DNA of 64,000 bases, from assembly GCF_018350175.1 (NCBI RefSeq), contig NC_058368.1:20586001-20650000 (forward strand). The letters run 5' to 3'. This DNA is from Felis catus. Its lineage: Eukaryota. Shown in pieces: positions 1 through 12,900 of the stretch (its first letter is position 1; each line of letters opens with the position of its first letter). The notes beneath the pieces were generated by a model. That model worked only from the letters and a program-made list of their open reading frames with translations, ran no database searches and had not been told where the DNA came from. The position numbers and the translations under genes were made by a program.

Positions 1-595
1 ATTAGAAAACAAAATGCACTGAATATAAAGTTAAACTCAAACGGCTTGCAATAAAATAGGTATCTCCGTATGCAATGCTTTTAATATAAAAAATTCGCCC
101 CTTGACTGGGAACGAATATACTGCCTCTTGGTCAGAACAAAATAAGGAAAGTACCGCTAAAAATGAAACCACTCAAAATCTTGGCATGTCAAGCAAAAAC
201 TTTTTTTTTTTTCACTCTGGTTGTTTATTTTACTTTACAACATAAAATTAATATAAGTGGAGGCTAATGTTGGATAACTACTCTAAGAAGAGTTGGCTTA
301 AGAAAGCTAAAGAAAATTAGTCCGTTTTCCGAGAGAAACCAAACATGCCACTTTTTTGTCCTGCATGCATTTCTGACGAGTGAATCGTCTACAGATTTAA
401 ATTACAACAACAACAAAAAATGTTTAGGTCAAGCTTGTTTTGACCATCCAGTAATGCCAGCTTACCTTTCAAAGCTATTAAGGAAGGACAAACATACACA
501 GTAATAAGTATATACACTTTGGGGCAGCAGTGTTTAAAAAACATTAAAGTTACAGTTCTCGGAGGTGGTGAGGAAGAGAGAGGAGGAAAGCTTAC

Positions 596-667
596 CTGAA
601 CACGGGTTCACCAGTTTGACAAACATAAGCCCACTTTTCATCTTCTTTGAAGCATCTTTGAAATATT
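596..667 (-). CDS. RNASEH2B: Ribonuclease H2 subunit B, exon 2 ([25 protein letters not shown])
   Basis: 72-nt exon with acceptor TTTCTTTTCAG| (AG at 669-668) and donor CAG|GTAAGC (595); phase 1/1 joins exon 1 in frame; near-identical to recalled human [25 protein letters not shown]. Confidence 0.96.
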
Positions 668-1589
668 CTGAAAAGAAACAATGAGTCTGTAAGATTAAAG
701 GGCATTTGCTTTGTTGCTCACCTTGTTTAGTTTACTTGGTTTTTCTTCCTTCTGTTTATATGGTTTTTCTTTGTAAAATCTTTAACTTCATTAGAGTTGG
801 ACCTTCTGGGTCATACTTAGAGAGGCTTCTCTTCCTCAAGCTTATGTGAATCACCTGCATTTTCTCCAAACACCTTAACGTTGTATCTTCAATCTATCTG
901 AAATATATCTGGGTGTAAGATATGGAGAGGAGATCCAGCTTTTTTTTTTTTTTTCAGTGAATTGTCCAGTTGTCCCAACACTATCTTCTGAAGGACTCAT
1001 TACTGAAACAATTCCTTTATGCTGAATGTTTAAAATACATTTATAAGTCTGTCTATGGAAATTCTATTTTGGTCCACTAATCTGTGTCTGCTTTAGCATT
1101 ATTACTTCAATATTTCAATTATTATAGCTTTAAAATGCACTTTATTACCTGTTGAAGTAAGTTCTCGTGGTATGTTTCCTCTACAATATTTTCCTGTCCA
1201 AGTTTTAATTGTGTAGATCGAAACACATAGATCATGACAATTTTATTTATAACATTTCTTCCAGACGTTTTAAATGCACGTTCATAGAAGTCATTTGGAG
1301 AATCTCTCTCCAAAAGGAACAAAGGGGGGGGTTCTACTAATCGAGCAGAGCAACAACCTACCAAAGAGCAAATGGGAGAGCTTTGGGGTAAGGACTGGCA
1401 CTTCGGTGTGTTTTCTTTTCTGTGGCCCACGTTCCCTTCACCCCATTTCGGATCTTCATAAACTTAAATACAGCAAGCATGATTAGAAATCGGCTTACTC
1501 ATACATGGTTAAAATACAACTTTCTTCTTAAAATAATAGTGACACTAAATATATAAAGGTTTAAAAACCCTAATTTTGAGATTTCTACT

Positions 1590-3757
1590 TGCAACTAAAT
1601 GGAGTAACAGGAAGCTGATTTATCCTCCCACCTGAAACAACCAAAACAGTAACAACAATGACAACAACAATAAAATAATACATGAAACAACTGTTTTCAA
1701 GACACTGGGCATTGAACCCTGCAGGACAGTGACCCCGGAGAGATGGGAGACAACTGAGGTGCGCCCTGTGAATGCCCCAGCTTATTGCTTTGAGAGAGAT
1801 TCCGGTCCACAGAGCGGAATGGTCCACAGGTGAAGCCTGGCAGACTCCCTGAGTTTTAGAGGTGGAGCGGAGAGTTCTAGAGACACCACGGCTACAGTTC
1901 ACAGGGCAGTTTACGGGAGAGGAGAGTGCTACAAAGAAAGAAAACGCCATAGATGTGCAAAGGTACTGCTTGAGTACTCAACGGAGTACTGATCAGTGCA
2001 TGCATATGATGACACTACCTGAGGGCCAGGAGACGAGCCACCCGCGTTGGATTAGAGGGAATAGGACCTCACATTCACTCAGGGCTCCAAATTCCAGATG
2101 GGCTGGAAAACCTCACAATTCAGAGTACTCAAAAGGGCCTTGCCTCAACAGTGGGGAGCAGATAGCCCTAGACTAAATGCTGCTGTGGTCCCAGCAAACT
2201 AATTTTAAAAGCAAGACCTAAAAGGATCAAACTGTTTCTAAGTACGTCCTCTGTGCTCCAGAATGAAGCTCAACATTATTTATAGGAATACAAAAGTATT
2301 CATCAGCCACAAAGGTAAAATTCACAATGTCTGGCATCTAATCGAATGTTACTGCGTATTCAAAGAAGCGGGAAAATATGGCCTATAATGAGAAAAATAA
2401 AGAAATCAATATTGAGGGAAGGGTACTGATATTAGACACAGATGTTAGAATGAACAGGCAAGGGCATAAGAACAGTATTCCTCATGCACAAAAAATTAAA
2501 TAGAGAGACGTAGTTTTTTTTTTTTCTTAAAGACCCAAATTAAAATGAAAAATACACTATATGGGATTAACGGCGGGAGAAAAGATTAATGAACTGAAGA
2601 CATAGCAATAGAAACTATGTGAAATGAAAACACAGAGAAAAAAGAATGAAAAATAAATAGAGTATCAGTGAACTGTGGGACAACTTCAAGCATCCTAATA
2701 ATATACATGTCACTGGAGTTCTGAAAGGGGATGTGGGGAACAGAAAAAATATTTGAAGAAATTATGGCTAAATATTTTCAAATCTGATGAAAACAATAAA
2801 CCCACACATCCATGAGGTTCAATAAACCCAAAGGACAGAAAGAGGAATAAACTATACATCATAATCAATAGCTCAAAGCCAGTAATAAAGAGACAAATCT
2901 TAAAAACAGACAGAAGAAAAGAGGACACATTTATGTCCAGAGGAACAAAACTAAAAATGGCAGCAAATTTCTTGTTGGAAATAATGCAAGCCAGAAGACA
3001 ATAGAAACATCTTTAGAGCACTGAAAGAAAACATGATGATCCTCGAGAGAAATACCCTTGAAAAATGAGGGTGATTAAAATAGACTTTTTCGGACAGCAA
3101 GAGCTGAAAGCAATAACCACCAACAGACCCATACTACCAAGGAATGCTAAAAGAAGTCCCGGAAAAAGGGAATACGATACCAGAAGAAAATATGAATCTA
3201 AACAAAGAAATGAAGAGTGCCGTTAATGGTGACTACAGGGGTAAATCAATAGGAATTTTTTTATTACTTGAATCTCTTTAGATCACTGACTAAACAAAAA
3301 TAACAAGTTAGTGTGGGGCTTACCACCTACATATAAATGAAATACATGGCGACAATAGCACGAAGGCCAGGATGGGGGAAATGAAAGCATACTGTTGTGA
3401 GTTTCTTATGCCGTCTCAGTCTTAAAAAAGCAGAAAGAGAGTAAAAGCAGTTTCAAAGGGCAGATGAGATAAAGAGAAAACAAACAGAGGCTGACAGACG
3501 CAAACCTAACCCTATTAATCATCACATGTGACATAAATCTCTGTGCACCCCAATTCAAAGGCAGAAGTTTTCAGATTGGTTAAAAAAGTTAGGCAATACC
3601 ATATGCTGCCTGTAAGAGACACACTTGAAAGCACTAGCAGGTTACAATGAAGGAAGAAGATACATCGCCCGTATCATGCTACTTATAAAAACAAAGATGA
3701 AATAGCTCTGCTAATAACAGACACAGAATATTACCAGGAATGAAGAAGGTCATCTCA
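1590..3757 (+). mobile_element. Old L1 (L1MC/L1MD-like) 5' UTR, ORF1 and ORF2 start, degraded
   Basis: 5'-end motif GGAGTAACAGG...CCTCCCACCTGAAACAAC; A-rich ORF1-like body; resumes briefly after 4353. Confidence 0.75.
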
Positions 3758-4352
3758 CTGACTTGACTGGTTTCACTTAGCATTATACCCTTTAGCTCCA
3801 TCCACGTTGCTGAAATGGTGATTTCATTCTTTTGTTATGGCTGAGTAATATTCCGTCATATATTTATCATCTCTTCTTTATCCACTCATCAGCCGACGGA
3901 CACTAGGGTTGCTGCCGTATCTTGGCTACCATAAATAACGCTGCAATAACCATACAGGGGCACATATCTTTTCAAATTAGTGTTTTCATTTCTTTGAGTA
4001 AATTTCCAGTAGTGAAATTACTGGATCATATGGTAATTCTATTTTTAATTTTTTTGAGGAAACTCCATACCGTTTTCCATATGATTTCACTCATATTTAG
4101 AATTTAAAAAAATGAAAAAAGATAAAAAGAGACAAACAAAAAAACGGACTCTGAACTACAGATAACTGACGGCTACCAGAGGGGAGGTGGGTTGGGGGAT
4201 GGGTGAAATAGGTGATGGGGACAAAGAACACATGTACTATGATGAGCACTGCGTAATGTAAAGAATTGTAGAATCACTGTATTGTACCCCGGAAACTAAT
4301 GTATGTATGTGCCAATAAAACTCTACTGGAATTTAAAAAAATAATTTTTTTA
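3758..4352. mobile_element. Carnivore L1 3' end with 5' inversion (3758-4080 minus, 4081-4350 plus)
   Basis: Antisense L1 3' segment joined to the sense terminal 3' UTR; degenerate TSD AAGAAGGTCATCTCA / AAGCCGGTCATGTCA. Confidence 0.8.
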
Positions 4353-6314
4353 AAGCCGGTCATGTCATTTCACAATGAGAAAAAGACCAAGAGGAAATAA
4401 TCTTAAATGTTTATGCTCACAAATACAGAGCCGCAGGACGTGCTAACCCTCAGAGAACCCTCTGCCCCATCTTCAACCCTTGGCAACCACTAAATCTGTT
4501 CCCCGTCTCTACAGTTTTGTGCTTTTGAGAATGTGATACAAATGGAACCATACCGATTTAATTTTAAGAATCTTTTAAGACTTTCCTTTCTGCAACTTGT
4601 AAAAATGTACAGGATAAAGTTTAGCACTGTTAAAAACTTTTCCACAAAACGAAAACAGGTTTTGGTTTCTCTCCTTGCCCCTGCCGTTTCTCACTTGTCC
4701 ATTGTGTCTCCAGGCACAGAAAAGGCGACCTCTCTCTTTCGGCAATACACCCTTTATTTTATATCAATACCACGGTAAATCTTTCACCGTTAACTCGGTG
4801 AATCATTATTGATTTTTTCTGTTTCCTTTTTTTTTTTTAATAGAAAGTGCCAGTTGTGGTGATTCTTGCCAGGTCTCCTTCAGCCTTCCCATTCCTGCAG
4901 AGCTTAAAATAATTAAAATTTACAAACACCAAAGGGCCAAAAAATATATTTTTAACAACTAGACAAGGGAAGCCCTGTTTCCATTTTTCTCAGGAAGAGC
5001 ACTAAGTCCGAGGATTAGGTATGGCCTAAAATGTCAAACTGTAAGAACTTTGGATTTACTAAGTACAAATAAATACTGACAATGTGTTCTGCTGCAAATG
5101 CCAGGGTTCTCTGGAATATACTTTGAGAGGTATTAGTGTAGATAATGCTGAAACGTCTATTTGGTAGGGAAAAAAAGTCATCTTTTCTCAGTCGTGCCAA
5201 TAAAATGAACTGCTGTTGGACTCAATCTTTCAACACAGAATTCCAAGTGAGATGCTATACTCAGGTTGTTTTTCCTCTTCAACGACACAATGGATTTTAA
5301 AACTAATCTCTCCTCCCTACTTCAGTCATTCATTTATTAACTATTGATTAGCAAAGCCCACCCAGCCTCTACCCATGAGACGCTTTTGGACTTTCCATGG
5401 AAGAGAAAGATATTGGGTGAAATTATCACACAAATGCGGACTCCAAATATAACAGCTGCTAAGTTGAAAAAATACATGGAACTTGAGACCTTAAGACAGA
5501 GGATAACAACAGAGACGAGGAGGTCTAAGGCCTCCGGTGCCTAGCAATGGTTAAGTACTTTGCTTTGATGGCTAAGAAGTCAAAGGAATTATGCATTCAC
5601 TTCACTAGCTAAATCTTCCCTTGTCTCCTGGGCCCAACCCAAGCCACAGAAAGGTTTTGTTTGATGTGCGCCTTTAAAAAAAAATCTGAATTTAGGTGCC
5701 AATATTCGGAAATCAGGTGATAAAGTGCAGTCTGCAAATTAAGTATATTTTCCCTAAACATGAAAAAAAAAATTACTAGGCAAAGATTTTGCCTTGTGCA
5801 ATCAAAGAAACCCGGCAACAACAAGCTAACTTTGTGAAACCCCAACTACCACTCTCTAGTTCCCGTATTCCCCTATGGCAGCTCGTACATCCATCCCATG
5901 GTCAGACCATTGACAGATGCCACATATGTCCTCACTGAACTGCATTCCTGTCTGCTAGATTCTGTGTACCCACAGCAGGACCTAACAAGTATCAAGTGCT
6001 GAATAAATAACCATTTAGTAATAGACACCACCCTCTTACCGAATCTTTTTTATTTTATTGCCAATCTTTATTTTATTTTATTACCAGTTTTCTGTTACCA
6101 GCCCAGGTATTAACCTAGGCCCTGAGGATACAGCTGTGAATAAAACAAGGCCCCGGCTCTCAGAGCAAGACTGCATTCATTACACCCCTTTATCTCCGTC
6201 TACTTCTTCTCCACCCCATTTCATCAATCCCCATGCTCTACCCTTAACCTCTCAATCATCCAGTGCTACAGGACAGGGGATAGGGCCCACATGTACCAGA
6301 ACCTGGAGGCCCTG

Positions 6315-6480
6315 GGTCCAGAACAGAAATAACATGCATTCCACAAATGTGAGTCACTTAGAAAATTTTAAATCGGTAAAGTAAAAATTAAAAATAGGTA
6401 AAATGAGTGTCAATGATATATTTTATTTAACCCAATATACCTAAAGTATTTTCATAACATGTAAAAATATTTCACGTGAA
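6315..6480. mobile_element. hAT-Charlie fossil (MER33-like)
   Basis: Contains ATATATTTTATTTAACCCAATATA...AACATGTAA characteristic of MER33. Confidence 0.65.
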
Positions 6481-6489
6481 ATGTGTTAG

Positions 6490-9400
6490 CATGTTACCTG
6501 TTTTTTATAGATGTGCTCTATCCGATTGAGAAAGTTCCCTATTCCTAATTTGTTAACTTTTTTTTTTTTAATCATGAAAAGTACTGTGTTTTTTCAAATG
6601 CTGTTTCTGTGGCTATTGAGATGGTTATGTGGTTTGGGGCTTTTATTTTATTAAAATGGTATATTGATTGATTTCGGTATGTTGAACTAACCGTGCATTC
6701 CTAGGATAAATCCCACTTGGTCATGGTTCATAATCATTTTCTACATACTCCTGGATTGAGTTTGCTAGTTGTTGAGCACTTTGGCATCTATGTTTGCTAG
6801 GGATATTGATCTATACTTTCCCTATGCCTTTGTCCTGGTTTTGGTATGAAAGTAATACTGGCCTTACAGAATGAGTTGGGAAATGTTCTTTTTCCTTTTT
6901 TGTTTTGAAAAGTTTAAAAAGGATTAATATTAATATGTTAAATGTTTTTTTAATTTTTTTTTAACGTTTATTTATTTTTGAGACAGAGAGAGACAGAGCA
7001 TGAACAGGGGAGGGTCAGAGAGAGAGGGAGACACAGAATCTGAAACAGGCTCCAGGCCCTGAGCTGTCAGCACAGAGCCCGACGCAGGGCTTGAACTCAC
7101 AGACCGTGAGATCATGACCTGAGCTGAAGTCAGACGCTTAACCGACTGAGCCACCCAGGCGCCCCAGTATGTTAAATGGTTAGTGGACTTTATCAGTTAA
7201 GCTATGTAGGATTGGGCTTTTTTTTTTCCTATGGGAAACTTAATTTACTAACTTCTTTACTTGCTATAGGTCCATTTAGATTGTCTATTTCTTCCTGAGT
7301 TGGCTTTGGTAATTTATGCCACTCTAGGAATTTGTGCATTTTATCTAAATTATCTATTTTATGCGCATACAGTTGTTCATAGCGTTCCCCACGGTCCTTT
7401 TTAATTTCTGTAAGATCATTAGTGATGTCCCCTCTTGCATTCCTAATTTTAGTAATTTGAATCTTCTCTTTCTTTCTCTCCCCTCCCCTCTCTTTTTGTG
7501 GTCATTCTAACTAAAGATTAGGCAATTTCATTGATCTCTTCAAAAGGACCAACTTTGGCTTCATTGATTTTTCTCTATGTTGTTTTTCTATTCTCTCCTT
7601 TGTTTATTTCTGCTCTGATCTTCATTTCCTTCCTTCTACTTGCTTTGGGTTTGGTTTGTCTCCTTTTTCTAGTTTCTTGAACTGGAAGTTTAGATTATTG
7701 GAGATCTTTCTCCTTTTTAGATATAGCCATATACAACTACATAGTTTGCTCTAAACACTCATTTGTCTGCATCTCTTCTGTTTTTGATATATAATGTATC
7801 ATTTTCATTCGATTCATTTGATCCATTGGTTATTTTAAGAGTGTGTTGTTTAACTTCCACGTATTTGTGAATTTCCAAAATTTCTTTCTGTTATTGCTTT
7901 CTATTTTCACTTCAGTGTTTTTGGAGAGCATATTCTGTATAATATCAATCCTTTTAAATTTACTGAGGTTTGTTTTATGGCCTGTGATATGGTCTTTTCT
8001 GGAGAATGTTTCATGTTCACTTAAGGAGAATGTGTATTCCACGATTATTGAGTGTTCTATAGATGTCTCTGTAGTCGTTTTACAGTGTTGGTCAAGTCTT
8101 CTATTCCCTTGATGATCTTCCTCTTAGTTGTTTCAGCCATATTGGAAATGGATTATTTAGATCTCCCACTAATATTATTCAATTGTGTATATATACCTTC
8201 AATTTGATCAGTTTTTGGTTTGTATATTTTGGGGCTCTGTTGTTAGGTGTATATATGTTATATAATAGACTAACATTATTATCATTATAAAGTATCCACT
8301 CTTGTGTCTAGCAACAATTTCTGTCTTAAAGTCTATTTCATATGATTAGTAGAGCCATTCAACTCTCCTTTGGTTACTGTTTGCATATACCTTTTCCCAT
8401 CTGTTTATTTTCAACCTATTTGTGTCTTTTAATTTAAAGTGTGCACCTGGTAGATAACATATAGTTGCATCATGCCTCCCCATTGTGCCAATCTCTGCCT
8501 TTTAATAGGAATGTTTAATGCATTTACCTTTAATGTAATTACAGATAAGGTAGGATTTATATCTGCCATTTAACTTTATTTTCTATATATCATATGGTTT
8601 TGATCCTGTATTCCTCTATTATTGCCTTCTTCTGTGTTTAATAGATATCTTCTAGGGCATTATTTTAATTCCCTTGTCATTTCTTTTACTATATTTTTGG
8701 GGGAGCAATTTTCTCAGTTGTTGTCTTGAGAGTTATAATTAGCAACCTAACTTACAACAATGTAGCTCAAATTAATATTAACTTGAAAATTTCAATAGTA
8801 TCTAGAAATTTTCCCACAATATATTCCTTTTCTCCTCCTTCCTTTGTGCTATTACTATGTGCCATATATCTATGTGTGTGTGTACATATATACACATACA
8901 CATAAATTATCTTTATCTATGATAAGCCCATCAACCATTTTAGATTTTTTGCTTATGAAGTTATATTTTAAATCAGATAGAAAAGAGTTACAAACAAAAG
9001 TACATTTTTATTGTCTTTTGTAGTTATCTATATTTATCTTTACCAGTGCTCTGCATTCTTTGTGTGGATTCAAGTTACCATCTAGTCTCTTTTCCTTTCA
9101 GTTGGAAGGACTAACTTCATGATTTTTGAGGGTCAAGTTTACTAGTGATGAATTCTCTCAGTTCTTCTGTATCTGAGAATCCCTCAGTTATGAAGGGTAG
9201 TTTTGCCAGATACAGAATTCTTGGTTGAGTATCTTTTTCTCTCAGCATCTTGAATATGCCACCCAACTAACTTCTGGGCTTTTTGATTTCTAATGAGAAG
9301 TCAGCTATTCATCTTACTGAGGATCTCTGTACTTGATAAATCACTTGCTCTTGATGCGTTCAAGATTCTTTCTTTGTCATTTGACAGTTTGACTATGCTG

Positions 9401-11000
9401 TGTGTAGGCATGGATCTCTTTCTGTTTATCCTACTTAGAGTTTGTTGAGATTCTTAGACATGTGATGTTTTTCATCAAATTTGGGTCTGGCCATTCTTCA
9501 AATATTCTTTTTACCTCTTTCTCTCTTCTCTTGCTGGGACTCCCACTATACATATGTCAGCTATGCTTGGTGGTATGCTATAGGTCTCTGAGACTATGTT
9601 CAGTTTTCTTAATATTTTTATCTCTCTGTTCCTCAGGCTAGATAATCTTAATTGGCTTATCTTCAAGTTTTGCTAATTCTTTCCTCTGTCAGCTCAAATC
9701 TGCTACTGAACCTGCTCATGATTTTTTCATATCAGTTATTATACTTTTCAACTCTGGAATTTATATATTCTTTTGTAATTTCTATCTCTTTTTATTGATA
9801 TACTTTATTTTGTGAGACTTCATTACCATACTTTAATTTTTTAGATATAATTGGTTGTAGTTCTTTGAATGTATTTATAAGAGCTGATTAAAATCTTCAC
9901 AGAATAAGTCCAACAACTGGGCCCCCTCAGGGACAGTTTCTATTGACTACTTTTTTCTTCTCCTGTGTATAAACCTACTTTCCTATTTCTTCAGGTGTCC
10001 CACACCCTTAAAAAAAAAAACAAAAAGCTAGACATTTTAGATAATATAATGATTGATGTGACAATTCTGAAAATCAGAACCCCCTGCCCCAAGTCCCTAA
10101 GATTTATTGTTGTTGCTCCTTTTTGTCATCATTGTAGTTGTTGCTGTTTTTTTAGTGACCTTCCTGGACTAATCCTATAAAGTCTGTTACGCTTGTAACC
10201 ACTGATGTCTCAGTTTAGTGGTTAGCTAATGAATAGTCAGAGATTCCCTTAAATGTTTTGAACAAAGAAGCCTTCCAACATTTGCTAAGGAGTTCTGCAT
10301 GTGTTTCGGGACATGCCCTCAACACTCAACCAATTTAAACTTCTACCTTACCTTTTATTTACTGCTTACCTAAATGTGAGAGATTAGGGCCCTCTCAGGT
10401 CTTTCCTGGGCATGCATACCGTCCTGAATATGTGCTCGGCCTTTTAATTTCTTAGGAATATGTCAGAGCTTTTCAAAGTCCCTTATGGATATCTTCTCCT
10501 CATATCTTCCTTTTAAGTTTTTGGCCAGGTTCTTATTTGCCCAACTGCTATTGCTCCCTCAGGAGCTGATATATTAACAATTGCCACTGATTATTTTTGA
10601 CAAAGGCCCTGGGGACAGGGTATTTCTTGCAGAGCAAGTTCTGAGCTCCAATCTAGCTTTTCTAGGGAACTGCAAGACAGGTCAAATAGGGACAATGCTC
10701 TGGGAATGGAACATTTGGAGAAGCTCCAACAAGGCCTGTCCCATCCAGGGGTTGCAATGCTGATGGTTTTTACAAGTACCATGTTTGCAAGACTGTTGGT
10801 TTTCAAGGTTCCTGTAGACCTGGAGAGAGGGAGATGTGAGCAGTTCAAGTTACAATGCCACAAACCCTGCTTAATGAGATTCAGCAGTTTTTCTTGAATA
10901 AACACTTCTCAGATTGTTGGAAGACTTTGGCTAATTTCAAGAGTTTTGAAAAAGTTGATTTTGGCCATCTTTGCCAATGCTTTCATTGCTTTTATGGAGG
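6490..11000 (-). mobile_element. Old L1 5' half (5' UTR, ORF1, ORF2 endonuclease region), degraded
   Basis: T-rich antisense L1; remnant peptide YTFSLSEHETFSRKDHITGHKTNLSKFKRIDII (7830-8042) is L1 ORF2 endonuclease-like; many stops. Confidence 0.85.
6945..7165 (-). mobile_element. Can-SINE (SINEC)
   Basis: tRNA-derived head, (CT)n, A tail; TSD TATGTTAAATG; nested in L1. Confidence 0.95.
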
Positions 11001-11567
11001 GGTGGATTTACCCCCACCGAATCTTGAAGGCTTAGCATGAGGAAAGAACTCATATTGCTATAAGACTTCTGATAAATTCTTTAGTCTATACCTGGCCTTA
11101 GGCACACAAAGTTACTTGCAACTATAAATTAAAGGCTCTATAAAAGTTGCAGTTTTTTTATTTTCATTTAAATCTGGAAAATTCTGGGTCATCCTATGGA
11201 CTATTTCCTTACCCACAAGCTTAAAAGTTCTATCTTTTTTCTAACTTTTACCTGCATCTAGCACAGCTGAAGGATAGCAAAATTAATTAAAGAAGGAAAA
11301 AAAAATCTGCTTTTAGAAAGAATAAGAAGTGTATGAGAGTGGGAGTTGGAAAAGGGTTGTCCTCTATTAACCTAGTTGTAACTAAGGCCTATTTCTTTGA
11401 TAATGTCAGCACAAAAAAAGAGTACAAGATCCAGAGACAGAGAGGTCCGCATAACCCACTCTCAGTTCCTTTTCTTGCTCAGCAGTATGAACTTGGGCAC
11501 AATATGAACTGTGTGCCTCAGTTGTTTCATTTATAAAATAATTTTATAGGTTTTTTAAAGAAAAAAA

Positions 11568-11780
11568 ATTTTTTTAATGTTTTATTTATTTTTGAAACAG
11601 AGAGAGACAGAGCATGAGCAGGGGAGGGGCAGAGAGAGAGGGAGACACAGAATCCGAAGCAGGCTCCAGGCTCCGAGCTGTCAGCACAGAGCCTGACGTG
11701 GGGCTCAAACTCACAAACCGCGAGATCATGACCTGAGCCGAAGTTGGATGCTTAACCGACTGAGCCACCCAGGCGCCCCC
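11568..11780 (-). mobile_element. Can-SINE (SINEC)
   Basis: Full head GGGGCGCCTGGGTGGCTCAGTCGG on minus strand, (CT)n, A tail. Confidence 0.95.
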
Positions 11781-12699
11781 AAATTTTAGAAGTTTTTCTT
11801 AAGCTTAAATATATGTCAAAGTGCCTAGAACATGTAATAAACAATTAAAAATCAGTTCCCTTTCTCTCAGTGACATGGAAACATTAGGAATATGCAGGGA
11901 ATAATAAGATCAAAATATGAAGGTTAAAAATTCTAAACACAGAATTACCTAAGGGCTTAATGATTAGCTTTTTAAGAAGAGACTAAGTTAGGACCAGGAT
12001 ATCCTTTTCTAAAAGCCAAAACACAATATTCATTTTAGGTGCGAAAATGAAGATAATCCAATATATAGTAAAGTACCCAGCAGTTTTTGGCACATGGAAT
12101 GTGCTCAATAAATGTTACATGAATGTGTTGTTTGACTTTAGAAAAAGCTCAGTAAGAAACAGTAAAGCAAGTTTTGATATCCAACAAGTTGAACTTCATT
12201 TATCTAGAAAATTGACTCATATGAAACACCTAAAGCTACGCTGAATAAAATAAGATTCAAATTGCATTTTTTAAAGAGTAAGCTTCCCACCCTTCTTTTT
12301 CTGACTGTTTTCTCTTACGTAAGAGATGACTTAAGCCATGCTGGCCAAAAGTGTTTTCAGAAAAATAAAAAAATTCAGACATAGGTACTTGGTATTTTGG
12401 GCCATTTTGGACTCAGTGATATCTCAAACTTGCTAATTGCCAATTGTCTCAAGCCCTGCTAGCTTTTGTCTAACCAATTCCACGGCAGTTTTCTTATGGC
12501 CTTTGTGTTTTCTATAAAGACCCAATTTTATGTCCCACTGGTCACCATTAACTCTAGAAGCAAATTCTCCATCTGTTTACCATCCCGATGTAAACACCTC
12601 AACAGAAAGGAAAGTCTCATTGCTACCTTCCTGACATTTGAACTTTAAAAAAACATACCAGTGATCAAGAGACAACTGTGTCCAATGAATGTAAAACAG

Positions 12700-12900
12700 C
12701 AAATAATAGCTAATACGTATTGGGCATCTACCACACTAGGCAACATCCTTGATACAAGTTACATAATGTCATCCTTATACTATTTCTATGAGGTAGGTGC
12801 TATTTTGATTCCCACTCTTTTGGGTGAAAAACTTGCCCAAAGTTAAGAAACCTGTTCAAGGTCACAGAGCTATGTAGCTGGACAGAGAGCCAAGATTTAA
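12700..12900 (-). mobile_element. MIR
   Basis: ATGAGGTAGGTGCTATT...AAGGTCACAGAGCTA core. Confidence 0.7.

Noticed and set aside
4783..4802. Short hairpin TTCACCG-TTAACT-CGGTGAA
   Set aside because: 7-bp arms are expected by chance in 64 kb; no supporting context
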